In this document: positions 1 to 9,310 of the stretch, piece after piece
How the letters are laid out: every line of letters begins with the position of its first letter
Position numbering within the stretch: the stretch's first letter is position 1
Program-made: the position numbers and the translations under genes
Notes under the pieces: generated by a model
What the model was told of the DNA's origin: nothing
Seen by the model: the letters and a program-made list of their open reading frames with translations, nothing else
Database searches by the model: none
Assembly (NCBI GenBank): GCA_947626045.1
Contig: CANQQS010000001.1
Location: 1 to 61,955, forward strand
DNA from: an uncultured Clostridia bacterium
GTDB lineage: Bacteria; Bacillota; Clostridia; UBA1381
Direction: 5' to 3'
DNA: 61,955 bases

Positions 1-1106
1 TTTATCACCTTTTTACGTGATAAAACAACCTTTCCCTCACCGTCATTTACGCCTACAACATAAACCTTGATTGTGTCGCCTTCTTTTACAACATCCGACG
101 GCTTAAGTGCGGGGTCGTTCGTAAGCTGATCCGCGGCGAGCTGTCCGTTATACTTAAAGCCGCCCAAATCAACGATAACTTCATTGCTGCGAACCTCTAC
201 AACGGTTCCTTCAACAATGTCCCCGTTATTCAGAGTCTTGCTCGAATACTGTTCAAACAGCTCCGCAAAGTTCTCCTCATTTTTTACATTTTCACTCATA
301 GCCTTTTTTACCTCCTCGATAATACCTCCGGGTGTTGAAGCGCCGGCGGTAATACCTATTTTATTATGTGTTTTTTTCGCGGGTATATCCCGCGCTGTTT
401 CAACGTGATAGGTTTCGGGGCAGTTTCTTTTCGATATTTCGTAAAGCTTTCTTGTATTCGAGCTTTCCTTCCCGCCGATTACAATCATCATATCCGAAAT
501 ACGCGAAAGTTCCTCCGCTTCTTTCTGCCTGTCTTTCGTCGCACTACATATTGTATCAAATATTAGGGTACTTTTGCAAGTTTTTTTTATATTTTGTACG
601 ATTTCAACAAAAAAATCTTTATTAATTGTTGTTTGTGCTACAATGCAAAGCTTTTTTTCGGTCAATTCTGGAGGCGGCGCGTAGTTTTTGTCGTTTATGA
701 TGACCGCGCTTCCGTTACAGTGACCGTTTATGCCTATGACCTCGGGGTGTTTTTCGTCGCCGACTATCACTATCTGGTACCCTTCTGCGTAATGCTGCGA
801 CACTATTCTGTGTATCTTCGCGACAAACGGGCATGTGAGGTCTATGCACTGTCTGTCGCCTATCTCCCTGTACACGTCCTCTCCCACGCCGTGCGCGCGT
901 ATCACGACCGCGCAGTCCTTCGGTATATCGCTTACGCGCTCATACGATTTTACGCCCTTTTCCTCAAGCTCCGCTATGACCTGACCGTTATGGATAAGAT
1001 GTCCGAGCGTCGCGATTTTGTTTCCCTTTTCTATTTCAGCGTAAACTCCGTCAACGGCGCGCTTTACGCCATAGCAGAAGCCTGCCGTTTTCGCGACCGT
1101 AATCAT
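1..1106 (-). CDS. ispH: Bifunctional 4-hydroxy-3-methylbut-2-enyl diphosphate reductase / S1 RNA-binding protein (3' end runs off window)
   Basis: Not in the ORF track because there is no stop in the window. Hand translation starts MITVAKTAGFCYGVKRA at 1106 and has the IspH motif GITAGASTP near 330-360. It continues in frame through Met at 299 into the S1 domain (LNNGDIVEGTVVEVRSNEVIVDLGG). ATGA overlap with plsC. Confidence 0.9.
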   Translation of the reverse strand, partial: MITVAKTAGFCYGVKRAVDGVYAEIEKGNKIATLGHLIHNGQVIAELEEKGVKSYERVSDIPKDCAVVIRAHGVGEDVYREIGDRQCIDLTCPFVAKIHRIVSQHYAEGYQIVIVGDEKHPEVIGINGHCNGSAVIINDKNYAPPPELTEKKLCIVAQTTINKDFFVEIVQNIKKTCKSTLIFDTICSATKDRQKEAEELSRISDMMIVIGGKESSNTRKLYEISKRNCPETYHVETARDIPAKKTHNKIGITAGASTPGGIIEEVKKAMSENVKNEENFAELFEQYSSKTLNNGDIVEGTVVEVRSNEVIVDLGGFKYNGQLAADQLTNDPALKPSDVVKEGDTIKVYVVGVNDGEGKVVLSRKKVI

Positions 1107-1672
1107 AGCTTTTCCCTTATCCTTGCCATAATGTCATCCGCGGCAGAGAGCGTTTCCTCCTGCGTGAGCTTTTTGGTAAAATCGAGGTACACAGGCTCGC
1201 CGTAGGTGACGGTTATTTTGTGCAGCCACTTGTACGCGCCCGATATTGTGGCGGGTATTACCGGCACCTTAGCACGGTGCGCTATTGCGACCATACCTGG
1301 CTTCGCCTTGGGGAGCGAATTGTCGGTCACGCGTCTGCCCTCGGGGAATATCAGCATCGCGTCGCCCTGCGCCAGTATTTTGAGCGAGCCTTTTATCGCG
1401 CCCAAATCGCCGTGTCCGCGCGATATCGGGAATGCGCCGAGCGATTTTATCAGAAAGCCGAAAAATTTGTTCTTAAACAGCTCCTCCTTCGCCATAAAGC
1501 GCAGCCTTCGCGGACACGTCAGCCCTGCCATTACGGGATCCCAGTAGCTGCGGTGGTTATACGCGATTATAACGCCGCCCTCCTTCGGTATGTTCTCCCT
1601 GCCGACCGTTTTTATACGGAACACGACCAGAAGCGCGACGCGCACTATCCATAACGCTATATTATAAAACAT
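1103..1672 (-). CDS. plsC: 1-acyl-sn-glycerol-3-phosphate acyltransferase
   Basis: NHRSYWD (HX4D) and FPEGRR motifs; cmk-plsC-ispH synteny. Confidence 0.9.
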   Translation of the reverse strand: MFYNIALWIVRVALLVVFRIKTVGRENIPKEGGVIIAYNHRSYWDPVMAGLTCPRRLRFMAKEELFKNKFFGFLIKSLGAFPISRGHGDLGAIKGSLKILAQGDAMLIFPEGRRVTDNSLPKAKPGMVAIAHRAKVPVIPATISGAYKWLHKITVTYGEPVYLDFTKKLTQEETLSAADDIMARIREKL

Positions 1673-2333
1673 CTCTTATAAGCTCCTTTACGCGTTCTAC
1701 AGCCTCGTCAAACGTGAGGTCGGTCGTGTCGAGAAGCGCCGCGTCGTCCGCTTTTTTGAGCGGCGACATTTCACGCTCCGAGTCGTTTTTGTCGCGGTAC
1801 TCTATGTCCTTTTTCAGCTTTTCGTAGTCGCACTCGACGCCCTTTGCCGTAAGCTCGTCATACCGCCGCTTCGCGCGCGCGTCAACCGACGCTGTGAGGA
1901 ATATTTTTACCTGCGCGTCGGGCAGCACGGTCGAGCAGATGTCGCGTCCGTCCATTATCACGTCGTCCGTTTTCGCCATTTCGCGCTGCATTGCTACGAG
2001 CTTTACGCGCACCTCGGGTATTACGGCTACATCCGACGCGCCGACAGACACGTCCTCCTGTCTTATGCGCTCCGAAACGTCTTTGCCGTTCAGGTACACT
2101 CGCTGCGCGCCGTTTTCGTTTTTGAGCGCGATTTTTATTTCGTCAAGACGGATTATGAGCGCGGCGCGTTCACCTCGTATATCTATGCCGTTCTCAATCG
2201 CAAAAAGAGCGGCTGCGCGGTACATCGCTCCCGTGTCTATGTAGGTGTAACCCATATCCTTCGCAACGGCTTTGGAAACGCTGCTCTTGCCCGCTCCCGC
2301 GGGTCCGTCAACGGCTACTGAAATATGTTTCAT
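1662..2333 (-). CDS. cmk: Cytidylate kinase
   Basis: VAVDGPAGAGKS P-loop, IDTGAMYR, MDGRDI motifs. Confidence 0.95.
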   Translation of the reverse strand: MKHISVAVDGPAGAGKSSVSKAVAKDMGYTYIDTGAMYRAAALFAIENGIDIRGERAALIIRLDEIKIALKNENGAQRVYLNGKDVSERIRQEDVSVGASDVAVIPEVRVKLVAMQREMAKTDDVIMDGRDICSTVLPDAQVKIFLTASVDARAKRRYDELTAKGVECDYEKLKKDIEYRDKNDSEREMSPLKKADDAALLDTTDLTFDEAVERVKELIRDVL

Positions 2334-2351
2334 TTTAATTTCCTCCTAAAT

Positions 2352-2530
2352 AACCCCTCCGACGCCTACGGCGCCACCTCCCCTTGCTACGGCGTTTGTT
2401 CGCAAGCGAACACGCCTACAACGCTGAAGCGTCGTTCACCTCATAGGGGAGGCTTACCTAATGCAGCGCGTTCCACGAAAGGCTCCCCTACTAGGGGAGC
2501 TGTCACACGTAGTGTGACTGAGGGGTTTAT
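2352..2530. repeat. REP-like palindrome doublet with nested 56-nt insertion (2386-2441)
   Basis: CCTCCCCT..AGGGGAGG unit plus inverted GGCTCCCCTACTAGGGGAGCTGTCACACGTAGTGTGACTGAGGGGTTTAT. 2481-2530 is identical to 31277-31326. Confidence 0.9.
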
Positions 2531-2892
2531 TTACCTGCCAAATCGGGTCTTAGCTTCTTCGCGCCGCGAAGGTAGACGTGGTTGATCTCTTCCTTCGTCT
2601 TGTCGGTGTTGATATGTATCATAATACGTATGCACTTTTCGAGGCTGCCGTCAATTTCGGGAGCCTGCATGTCGAGAAGCGGCACGAATGTAAGTCCGAA
2701 CTCCCTTGCCGCCGCCGCCGGAAATACAGCCGTCAAGTCCTTTGTGACGGTGAATATAATTGAAATCGAGTCGGCGCGTTTTAAGTCGTTCGCGTCCTCT
2801 ATCGCCTTAATAAGCTCCAGTGTTGCACCGAGTATTGACTCGCGCGTGTTTTCCTCTGCGGTCGTCGCGCCGCGTATTGCTCTTACTGCCAT
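2527..2892 (-). CDS. aroH: Chorismate mutase, AroH class
   Basis: VRAIRGAT N-terminus, FTVTKDL, FPAAAAR, HVYLRGAKKLRPDL. Confidence 0.93.
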   Translation of the reverse strand: MAVRAIRGATTAEENTRESILGATLELIKAIEDANDLKRADSISIIFTVTKDLTAVFPAAAAREFGLTFVPLLDMQAPEIDGSLEKCIRIMIHINTDKTKEEINHVYLRGAKKLRPDLAGK

Positions 2893-2909
2893 AATTATTT
2901 TCCTTTCGT

Positions 2910-3323
2910 TTATACTACTCTGTGTCCCATACCTATAGCCACGTCGTTAAGGTTCAAAAGTCCTATCGCGAAAAACACGCACACGCTTATGTGCGCGCCG
3001 CAGCGTGCTATGCCTATTTTACCGCCGAGGTTAAGTCCGACGCATTTGTCAACTATCTGCTGTAGCGCTTCGTGAGCCGCTCCCGCGACCGCGCCTTCCT
3101 CGGCGTGGGTGGAGCTTATTACCCCCTCGCGCTTCGCCGCCACAACGGCACGTTCAAGTATTTTCGGCACCGCGCTGAAAAAGTCGCTGCCGAAATCGAT
3201 CGCCGCCGAGCGTATGCCGTTTAAAGCGTTTTCGTCCTTCATTTTAAGCTCCGCGTCGCGCGTGTCGGTCATCGCAATTTCGATCGCCGCCTTGCAAACC
3301 TCTCTGCTCCCTACGTCAGCCAT
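2910..3323 (-). CDS. HutP family protein
   Basis: 137 aa; ERAVVAAKREGVI, EGAVAGAAHEA, GKIGIAR, GMGH resemble clostridial HutP-like proteins. Confidence 0.75.
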   Translation of the reverse strand: MADVGSREVCKAAIEIAMTDTRDAELKMKDENALNGIRSAAIDFGSDFFSAVPKILERAVVAAKREGVISSTHAEEGAVAGAAHEALQQIVDKCVGLNLGGKIGIARCGAHISVCVFFAIGLLNLNDVAIGMGHRVV

Positions 3324-4557
3324 AATTTATACCCCCCTCCGACGCGCTCTCTCCGGCAAGATAGCCGGTCGAAAACGCCGCCTGTAAATTATATCCTCCC
3401 GTGTAGCCGTCAACGTCTATTACCTCGCCCGCGAAGTACAAGCCCTTTACGAGCTTCGACTCCATTGTGGACGGATTTATTTCCTTCACGCTCACGCCGC
3501 CCGACGTTACAATGGCTTCCTCAACGGGACGCGTACCGACCGCTGTAAGTGTGAGATTTTTAAGCGCCGTTACCACCGCCGCTCTTTCCGTGCGCGTTAT
3601 CTCGCTTATGTTCCTTTGCTCCGGTACTCCCGACTGCTTTACGACTATCGGTATCAGTGCCTTCGGAAGCAGGTCGTCAAGCGCGTTTATGAGCTTTTTA
3701 CGGTTATACTTTTCAAAGTCGCGCATTACGCGCGCCGTCAGCTTTTCCGTGTCGAGCGCGGGTTTTAAGTCTATCGATATTTTGTATTTTTCCGCGCCGA
3801 TATTTTTAAGGTACGCGGACATTGACAGTATAACGGGCCCCGACACGCCGAAATGTGTGAACAGCATCTCGCCGAAGTCGGAGAATATCTTTCTGTTTTT
3901 ACCGTCGTACGCCGTCACGCGCACGTTGCGCAGTGACAGTCCCATTACGTCTTTTACCCACTTTTCCTCGGTGATGAGCGGTATTAAGGACGCTTTGGGC
4001 GTCACGATCGTGTGACCGACCTCTTCGGCAAGCGCGTATCCGTCGCCGGTCGAGCCTGTTTTCGGGTACGATTTTCCGCCGGTACATATTATTACTTTGT
4101 CGGCGGAGATTTTTCCCTTATTTGTCCGCACGCCCTTTATTTCGCCGTTTTCGGTTATGAGCGATTTGACCGTTCCCTGTATAAGAACGGCTCCGTTTGA
4201 CATCGCGTACTTGCGAAGCGCCTCCGCAACGTCCGTAGCGCGTCCGCTTTCGGGGAACACCCTTCCGCCGCGCTCGACCGTCGTTTTAACGCCGAAGCGC
4301 TCCACAAGATTTATTATATCACGGTTTGTAAAATTATACAAGGCGGAATACAAAAAGCTGCCGTTGCGCGGATATTGCTCTATAAAATCGGATATGTCGG
4401 CGTTGTTTGTGAGATTGCAGCGTCCTTTACCCGTTATGCCTATCTTCATTCCGCCGCGCAAGTTTTTCTCTATAAGCGTCACGTCCGCTTTCTCCGACGC
4501 TTTACCGGCGGCTATAAGTCCAGCCGCGCCCGCGCCGATCACAACAACTCTCATCAC
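3316..4557 (-). CDS. HI0933/YhiN family flavoprotein oxidoreductase
   Basis: GAGAAG dinucleotide fold, KIGITGKGRCNLTN, GSTGDGY, TGGYNLQAAFSTG. Confidence 0.9.
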   Translation of the reverse strand: MMRVVVIGAGAAGLIAAGKASEKADVTLIEKNLRGGMKIGITGKGRCNLTNNADISDFIEQYPRNGSFLYSALYNFTNRDIINLVERFGVKTTVERGGRVFPESGRATDVAEALRKYAMSNGAVLIQGTVKSLITENGEIKGVRTNKGKISADKVIICTGGKSYPKTGSTGDGYALAEEVGHTIVTPKASLIPLITEEKWVKDVMGLSLRNVRVTAYDGKNRKIFSDFGEMLFTHFGVSGPVILSMSAYLKNIGAEKYKISIDLKPALDTEKLTARVMRDFEKYNRKKLINALDDLLPKALIPIVVKQSGVPEQRNISEITRTERAAVVTALKNLTLTAVGTRPVEEAIVTSGGVSVKEINPSTMESKLVKGLYFAGEVIDVDGYTGGYNLQAAFSTGYLAGESASEGGINYG

Positions 4558-6149
4558 TTCACGCTCCAGCCGTTCACGTTTCTGAAGTGGCGCGTAATAG
4601 ACGGTATTACCGGCGTTTTGAGCTTTGCGCCCGACATTACTATGCCCTTGCGGAAAAACAGCGCTGTAAACGGCATTTCGTCCGTAACCGCCGCGCCGTA
4701 GTTTCTGTAAAGCTCCTTAAGCTGTTCCTCGTCATACGTAATGCCCATCTGTCCGACAAGCGTGTCAAGCGCGGTGTTCACGTACCCGAACGAGTTTCCA
4801 GCCGACGATATGAGCATCGACAAGTCGTTGTTCGGCGGCAGCGTAATCTCGTCTACCACCACGTCAAAATTCGCGGTGTTTACGCGGTTCCTGTAATCGT
4901 CGTACGGTACGGCGACAACCTCCGTTCCTATGCCGAACTCGTTGAACATGCCGGCTATCTTGTTTGCTATCGCCGTTTTTTCGGCGTTGTCACTGTCGGT
5001 GAGAATTGTGAACGACAGGATCTGCTTCGCTCCGTTTACAGTACGCTCATAATCGCCGTCATCGTTCGTACCCCAGCCGTCGTCGCCGAGCAGTGATGCG
5101 GCGGTGAGCTCGTCGCGCCTGAATTTCGTATTCGTGTCATAATAATATATCGACGACGGATTTATCGGCGCGTCAACCGCCACTCCGCGCGAATATATAA
5201 CGGAATTTACTATATTGTCCTTATCAATCAGCTTCGATATACCTTTCCGCGTGTTTATGCCCGCAAAGAGCGGGTTCCGCGTGTTAAAGCCGAGATACGT
5301 GAGGCGGTTTGTCGTGTACTCGTTGACGTTCGCGCTGCCGCGCGGCGAATATTCGGAAAGGTCTACCGTGTCGCCCGTCATGAGGTCTATCTCGCTCGCC
5401 TCAAACATCGACTCGTACTTGTCAAGGCTCGGTATCATGTACGCCGTAATGCTGTCAATCTGCGCTCTGCCGCCGTAATAGCCGTCGTAGGCGGTAAAAA
5501 GCAGTCTGCCCGACGTCGGCTGCGAATTGTAGCAAAACGGCCCCGTTCCAATCGGTATGAAGTTCTTTGAGCCGGACATATCGGTGCGGTACTGAACTAT
5601 CGGGAATGTCAGAAGCGTCACAAAATCGGGTACGGCGTAGTTGAGCGTTATGCGCAGCTTGTCATCGTCTATGCCGGTATAATCGGCAATATTCAAAACA
5701 TGATCCGTATAAGCCGTTATGCCGGAGCGTATCTGCTTAATCGTGTACGCCGCGTCAAGCGCGGTAAAACGCGTTCCGTCATGCCACGTCACGTCGGAGC
5801 GCAGCTTTATCTCAAACGTCCTGCCGTCGGGAGAAACGGTGTAGCTTTCAGCGAGAACCGGCACGGGACGCATTTTTTCGTCTATGTCAAAAAGAGGCTC
5901 GTATACAAATTCCATCGCTTCCTTTACCGTTTCGGACGTGGTAAGAAGCGGGTTAAACGTGTCGTGGTCAATAATGCCGATGCTGATACTATTGGATATT
6001 TCGGGCGCCGCAACCTCGCCCGCGGTCATTTCCTCCGCGCTGTCCTCGTATTCGCCCCTGAGCGTGTCGAGAAACTCGCAGCCGGTAAGCGGCATTAAAA
6101 TTATTGCCGACAAAAGCAGTGATATAATCCTTTTCATATTTTTCTCCAT
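4554..6149 (-). CDS. ABC transporter substrate-binding lipoprotein, family 5 (peptide/nickel type)
   Basis: Signal peptide with lipobox LTGC; VYEPLF..PVLAESY..DGRTFEIKLR..WHDG..FTALD and PIGTGPF signatures. Confidence 0.85.
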   Translation of the reverse strand: MEKNMKRIISLLLSAIILMPLTGCEFLDTLRGEYEDSAEEMTAGEVAAPEISNSISIGIIDHDTFNPLLTTSETVKEAMEFVYEPLFDIDEKMRPVPVLAESYTVSPDGRTFEIKLRSDVTWHDGTRFTALDAAYTIKQIRSGITAYTDHVLNIADYTGIDDDKLRITLNYAVPDFVTLLTFPIVQYRTDMSGSKNFIPIGTGPFCYNSQPTSGRLLFTAYDGYYGGRAQIDSITAYMIPSLDKYESMFEASEIDLMTGDTVDLSEYSPRGSANVNEYTTNRLTYLGFNTRNPLFAGINTRKGISKLIDKDNIVNSVIYSRGVAVDAPINPSSIYYYDTNTKFRRDELTAASLLGDDGWGTNDDGDYERTVNGAKQILSFTILTDSDNAEKTAIANKIAGMFNEFGIGTEVVAVPYDDYRNRVNTANFDVVVDEITLPPNNDLSMLISSAGNSFGYVNTALDTLVGQMGITYDEEQLKELYRNYGAAVTDEMPFTALFFRKGIVMSGAKLKTPVIPSITRHFRNVNGWSVK

Positions 6150-6150
6150 G

Positions 6151-6945
6151 TTATATAAGCTCGAGGAATGCGCCCATGTTTCCCCGTCTGCCGTTCGTTT
6201 TTCTGTGCGAAAATAAAAATCCGCTGTTTTCGTATGTGTCTATACCGCAGTCGTCCATGCTTTTTACGCCCTCGTTTTCAAGCTGTATACGAATCGCCTT
6301 CTGCATATCGGCATGGTACTTTTCTCCGTATTTAACGGCTGTGTCTTTCCCAAATTCCCGAATAAAAATCTCCGCCACCTCATCGCCGACCTCAAAGCTG
6401 TCACGCTGTATGGACGGTCCTATCGCGGTGAGAATGTCCGACGGTTTCGAGCCGTAATCGGCAGCCATTTTACGTACGACCTTCGCCGATATACGTTCTG
6501 CCGTTCCTCTCCAGCCCGAGTGGGCAAGCGCGATAACGCGCCGCACGGGATCTAAGAAAAATACGGGCGTACAGTCCGCGTAAAGCGTGACGAGCGGAAT
6601 ATTCGGCTTATCGGTTATGAGCGCGTCAACGCTCTCAAACGCGTTTTCGCGCACAACGCCGTTGCCGAGGTCGTTTTCCGACGCGGTGTGGATTATGTCG
6701 CCGTGCGTCTGGTGCGACAGCACGAGGCGCGTGTAGTCTATACCGAGCGCGTTTGAGATTATCTCGTAGTTTTTGAGGACGTTCGCGCGGTCGTCGTCAC
6801 AGTGGAAGCGTAAATTCATCGACGCGTAGCAGCCCTTGCTAACTCCGCCCTCACGCGTGGAAAACCCGTGGCGCACAAGTCCCGTGTCCTCAAAGGAGGA
6901 TATTGTGTAAAATTTTACGCCGTTTTTGTCATTCAGCTTCCACAT
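6151..6945 (-). CDS. pgeF: Peptidoglycan editing factor PgeF / YlmD (laccase domain)
   Basis: HGFSTREGG, QTHG, ADCTPV, AHSGWRGT, IGPSI. Confidence 0.88.
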   Translation of the reverse strand: MWKLNDKNGVKFYTISSFEDTGLVRHGFSTREGGVSKGCYASMNLRFHCDDDRANVLKNYEIISNALGIDYTRLVLSHQTHGDIIHTASENDLGNGVVRENAFESVDALITDKPNIPLVTLYADCTPVFFLDPVRRVIALAHSGWRGTAERISAKVVRKMAADYGSKPSDILTAIGPSIQRDSFEVGDEVAEIFIREFGKDTAVKYGEKYHADMQKAIRIQLENEGVKSMDDCGIDTYENSGFLFSHRKTNGRRGNMGAFLELI

Positions 6946-8806
6946 CGTCTTTCCCCCTGAAATAATCGTACACGCTCTGCGCCGCCTTTCGGTTCATACC
7001 CTCCGCGCGCATAAGCTCGTTCACATCCGCTTCTTTTATTTTATCAACAGTTTTGAATTCAGTCAATAGGGCTTTTCGTCTTTTTTCACCGACGCCCTCG
7101 ATTTTGTCAAGCTCCGAGGTTATCTTGCCGCGCAGCTTGCGGTGGTAGGAGATCGCCGTGTTGTGAACCTCGTCCTGTATGAGCGTTACGAGCTTGAACA
7201 CGGGGCTTGATGGATTTATGCCTATCTCGCCGTTCTCCGCCACGAGCGCGCGCGTGCGGTGGCGGTCGTCCTTTACCATGCCGAAGGTCGGTATGTCGGT
7301 TTCTATCATTTCGAGAAGCTCTGTTATTGTGCTTAAATGTCCCTGTCCGCCGTCGAGAAGTATAAGGTCAGGGAGCGGCAGGAATTTTGCGTCTTTCCGC
7401 AAAAGCTCGCCGGTGCGGATTTTGTCCTCCTCGTCGAGCGCGTGACGGAAACGGCGGTATATTACCTCGCGCATAGCCGCGTAGTCGTTAGCGCCCTCGA
7501 ACGATTTTATCTTAAACAGACGGTGCTTGCGCTTCGCGGCTCTGCCGTTTTCAAACACAGCCATAGCGCCGACGTTGTCCTCGCCCTGAATATTTGATAT
7601 GTCGTAAGCCTCTATGCGGTTCGGGCGCTTTTCGAGCTTCAAAAGTTCCTGCATACTGTCTAAAACGGTGTTCTTCTCGCGCTCCTTCATCACGCGTATC
7701 TTGTAATTACCGAGCGCGACCTCGGCATTTGAGTGTACCATTTCTATCATATGGTGCTTCTCGCCGCGCACAGGACGCGTAATCGTCACCTTCCTGCCCT
7801 TAATGCTGCGCAGCCATTCCGAAATCGCGTCAAGGTCGTCTATCTCGTATTCCGTCAGTATCTCGCCCGGGATATACTCCGCGCTCTGGTAAAACTGCTT
7901 CACGAAATCGGTCATTATTTCCTGTTCGGTCGAATTTGTAACGTTGTCTATCTTGTAGCTTTCGCGTCCTATCACCTTGCCGCCGCGTATAAAGAACATC
8001 TCGCAGAACGCCGTACCCGCGTCACGCGCGAGAGCTATCGCGTCGCGGTCGTCCTGACGGTCGGTGTTTATGATTTTCTGCTGCTCCTCTATGTCCTTTA
8101 CGGCGCGTATCTTGTCGCGTATGTCAGCCGCCTTTTCGTAGAGCAGCTTCCCTGACGCTTCGTTCATTTCGTCCGTAAGGCTCTGCAAAAGCTCGCGATG
8201 GTTGCCGTCGAGGAAACGGCAGATGTTGAAAAACACCTGTCTGTACTCATCTTTACTCACCTTGCCGGTACAGGGCGCAAAGCAGTTGTTTATGTGATAG
8301 TTAAGGCACGGTCTGCCCTTGCGTATATCGTCGGGGAATTTCCTGCGGCACGTCGGCGGCTTAAAGAGCTTTTGCACAAGCTCAAGCGTGTTTTTGAGCG
8401 TAATACCCGACACGTAAGGTCCGTAGTATTTCGCGCCGTCCTTCTGGAGCTTGCGCACCTTCAAAAGCTTCGGATACGGCTCGTTTATCGTCACCTTGAT
8501 ATACGGGTAGTGCTTGTCATCCTTTAAGAGTATGTTGTACTTCGGACGGTGCTTTTTTATGAGGTTGCACTCGAGCGCGAGCGCCTCCGTTTCCGAGTCG
8601 GTCACAATGTATTCAAACCACGCCACGTTCGATACCATTGCGAGTACCTTCGCGGTGTGGTTGGAGTTTTTGCGGAAATACTGGCGCACGCGGTTTTTGA
8701 GTATCTTCGCCTTACCGACGTAGATAACGTCGCCGTCGGAGTTGTGCATGATATATACGCCCGGTCTGTCGGGCAGATTTTTAAGCTCCTCTTCCAAATC
8801 GAACAT
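6929..8806 (-). CDS. uvrC: Excinuclease ABC subunit C
   Basis: GIY-YIG (PGVYIM..IYVGKAK), RIEAYDIS, LDGGQG, IQDEVH, C-terminal HhH. Confidence 0.97.
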   Translation of the reverse strand: MFDLEEELKNLPDRPGVYIMHNSDGDVIYVGKAKILKNRVRQYFRKNSNHTAKVLAMVSNVAWFEYIVTDSETEALALECNLIKKHRPKYNILLKDDKHYPYIKVTINEPYPKLLKVRKLQKDGAKYYGPYVSGITLKNTLELVQKLFKPPTCRRKFPDDIRKGRPCLNYHINNCFAPCTGKVSKDEYRQVFFNICRFLDGNHRELLQSLTDEMNEASGKLLYEKAADIRDKIRAVKDIEEQQKIINTDRQDDRDAIALARDAGTAFCEMFFIRGGKVIGRESYKIDNVTNSTEQEIMTDFVKQFYQSAEYIPGEILTEYEIDDLDAISEWLRSIKGRKVTITRPVRGEKHHMIEMVHSNAEVALGNYKIRVMKEREKNTVLDSMQELLKLEKRPNRIEAYDISNIQGEDNVGAMAVFENGRAAKRKHRLFKIKSFEGANDYAAMREVIYRRFRHALDEEDKIRTGELLRKDAKFLPLPDLILLDGGQGHLSTITELLEMIETDIPTFGMVKDDRHRTRALVAENGEIGINPSSPVFKLVTLIQDEVHNTAISYHRKLRGKITSELDKIEGVGEKRRKALLTEFKTVDKIKEADVNELMRAEGMNRKAAQSVYDYFRGKDDVEAE

Positions 8807-8831
8807 TGCCGCACCTCCGCTCCGATTACAA

Positions 8832-8864
8832 AAAATAACTCTACAAATACTGCAGAGTTATTTT
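8832..8864 (-). terminator. Probable intrinsic terminator after ptsH
   Basis: AAAATAACTCT-N11-AGAGTTATTTT inverted repeat. Confidence 0.6.
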
Positions 8865-8882
8865 ATTCATGTTTATTATAAA

Positions 8883-9146
8883 TTACTCGGAGAAGTCTGA
8901 TTCAATAAGCTCTATCAAAGTTCTGACCGCTTCTTCCTCGTCGCTTCCGTCGGCGATTATGGAAATCTTCGTACCCTTTACGATACCGAGCGAAAGCACG
9001 CCCAAAAGGCTCTTTGCGTTTACTCGTCTTTCATCCTTTTCAACCCAAATGCTCGACTTAAACTCATTCGCTCTCTGAATAAAGAATGTCGCAGGTCTTG
9101 CGTGCAAACCTACCGAATTCTGAACCGCAACTTCACTTGAAACCAT
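8883..9146 (-). CDS. ptsH: Phosphocarrier protein HPr
   Basis: GLHARPA (His15) and NAKSLLG (Ser46) motifs, 87 aa. Confidence 0.93.
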   Translation of the reverse strand: MVSSEVAVQNSVGLHARPATFFIQRANEFKSSIWVEKDERRVNAKSLLGVLSLGIVKGTKISIIADGSDEEEAVRTLIELIESDFSE

Positions 9147-9310
9147 GAATCTGTTCCCCCTGTCTTATTATTTAAGAATTTAATCAACTCAATTAACTAT
9201 AATAAGGATACTAAAAAAAACCGTCCGCGTCAATGCTTTTTTAAATTTTGTAATAATTTTTAGTCAAATTGTCACAACGCGGTACCGTACATGGATTTTT
9301 TTTGTATATT

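Noticed and set aside
1-1106. IspH-S1 fusion as a novelty
   Set aside because: Well-known fusion in Clostridia.
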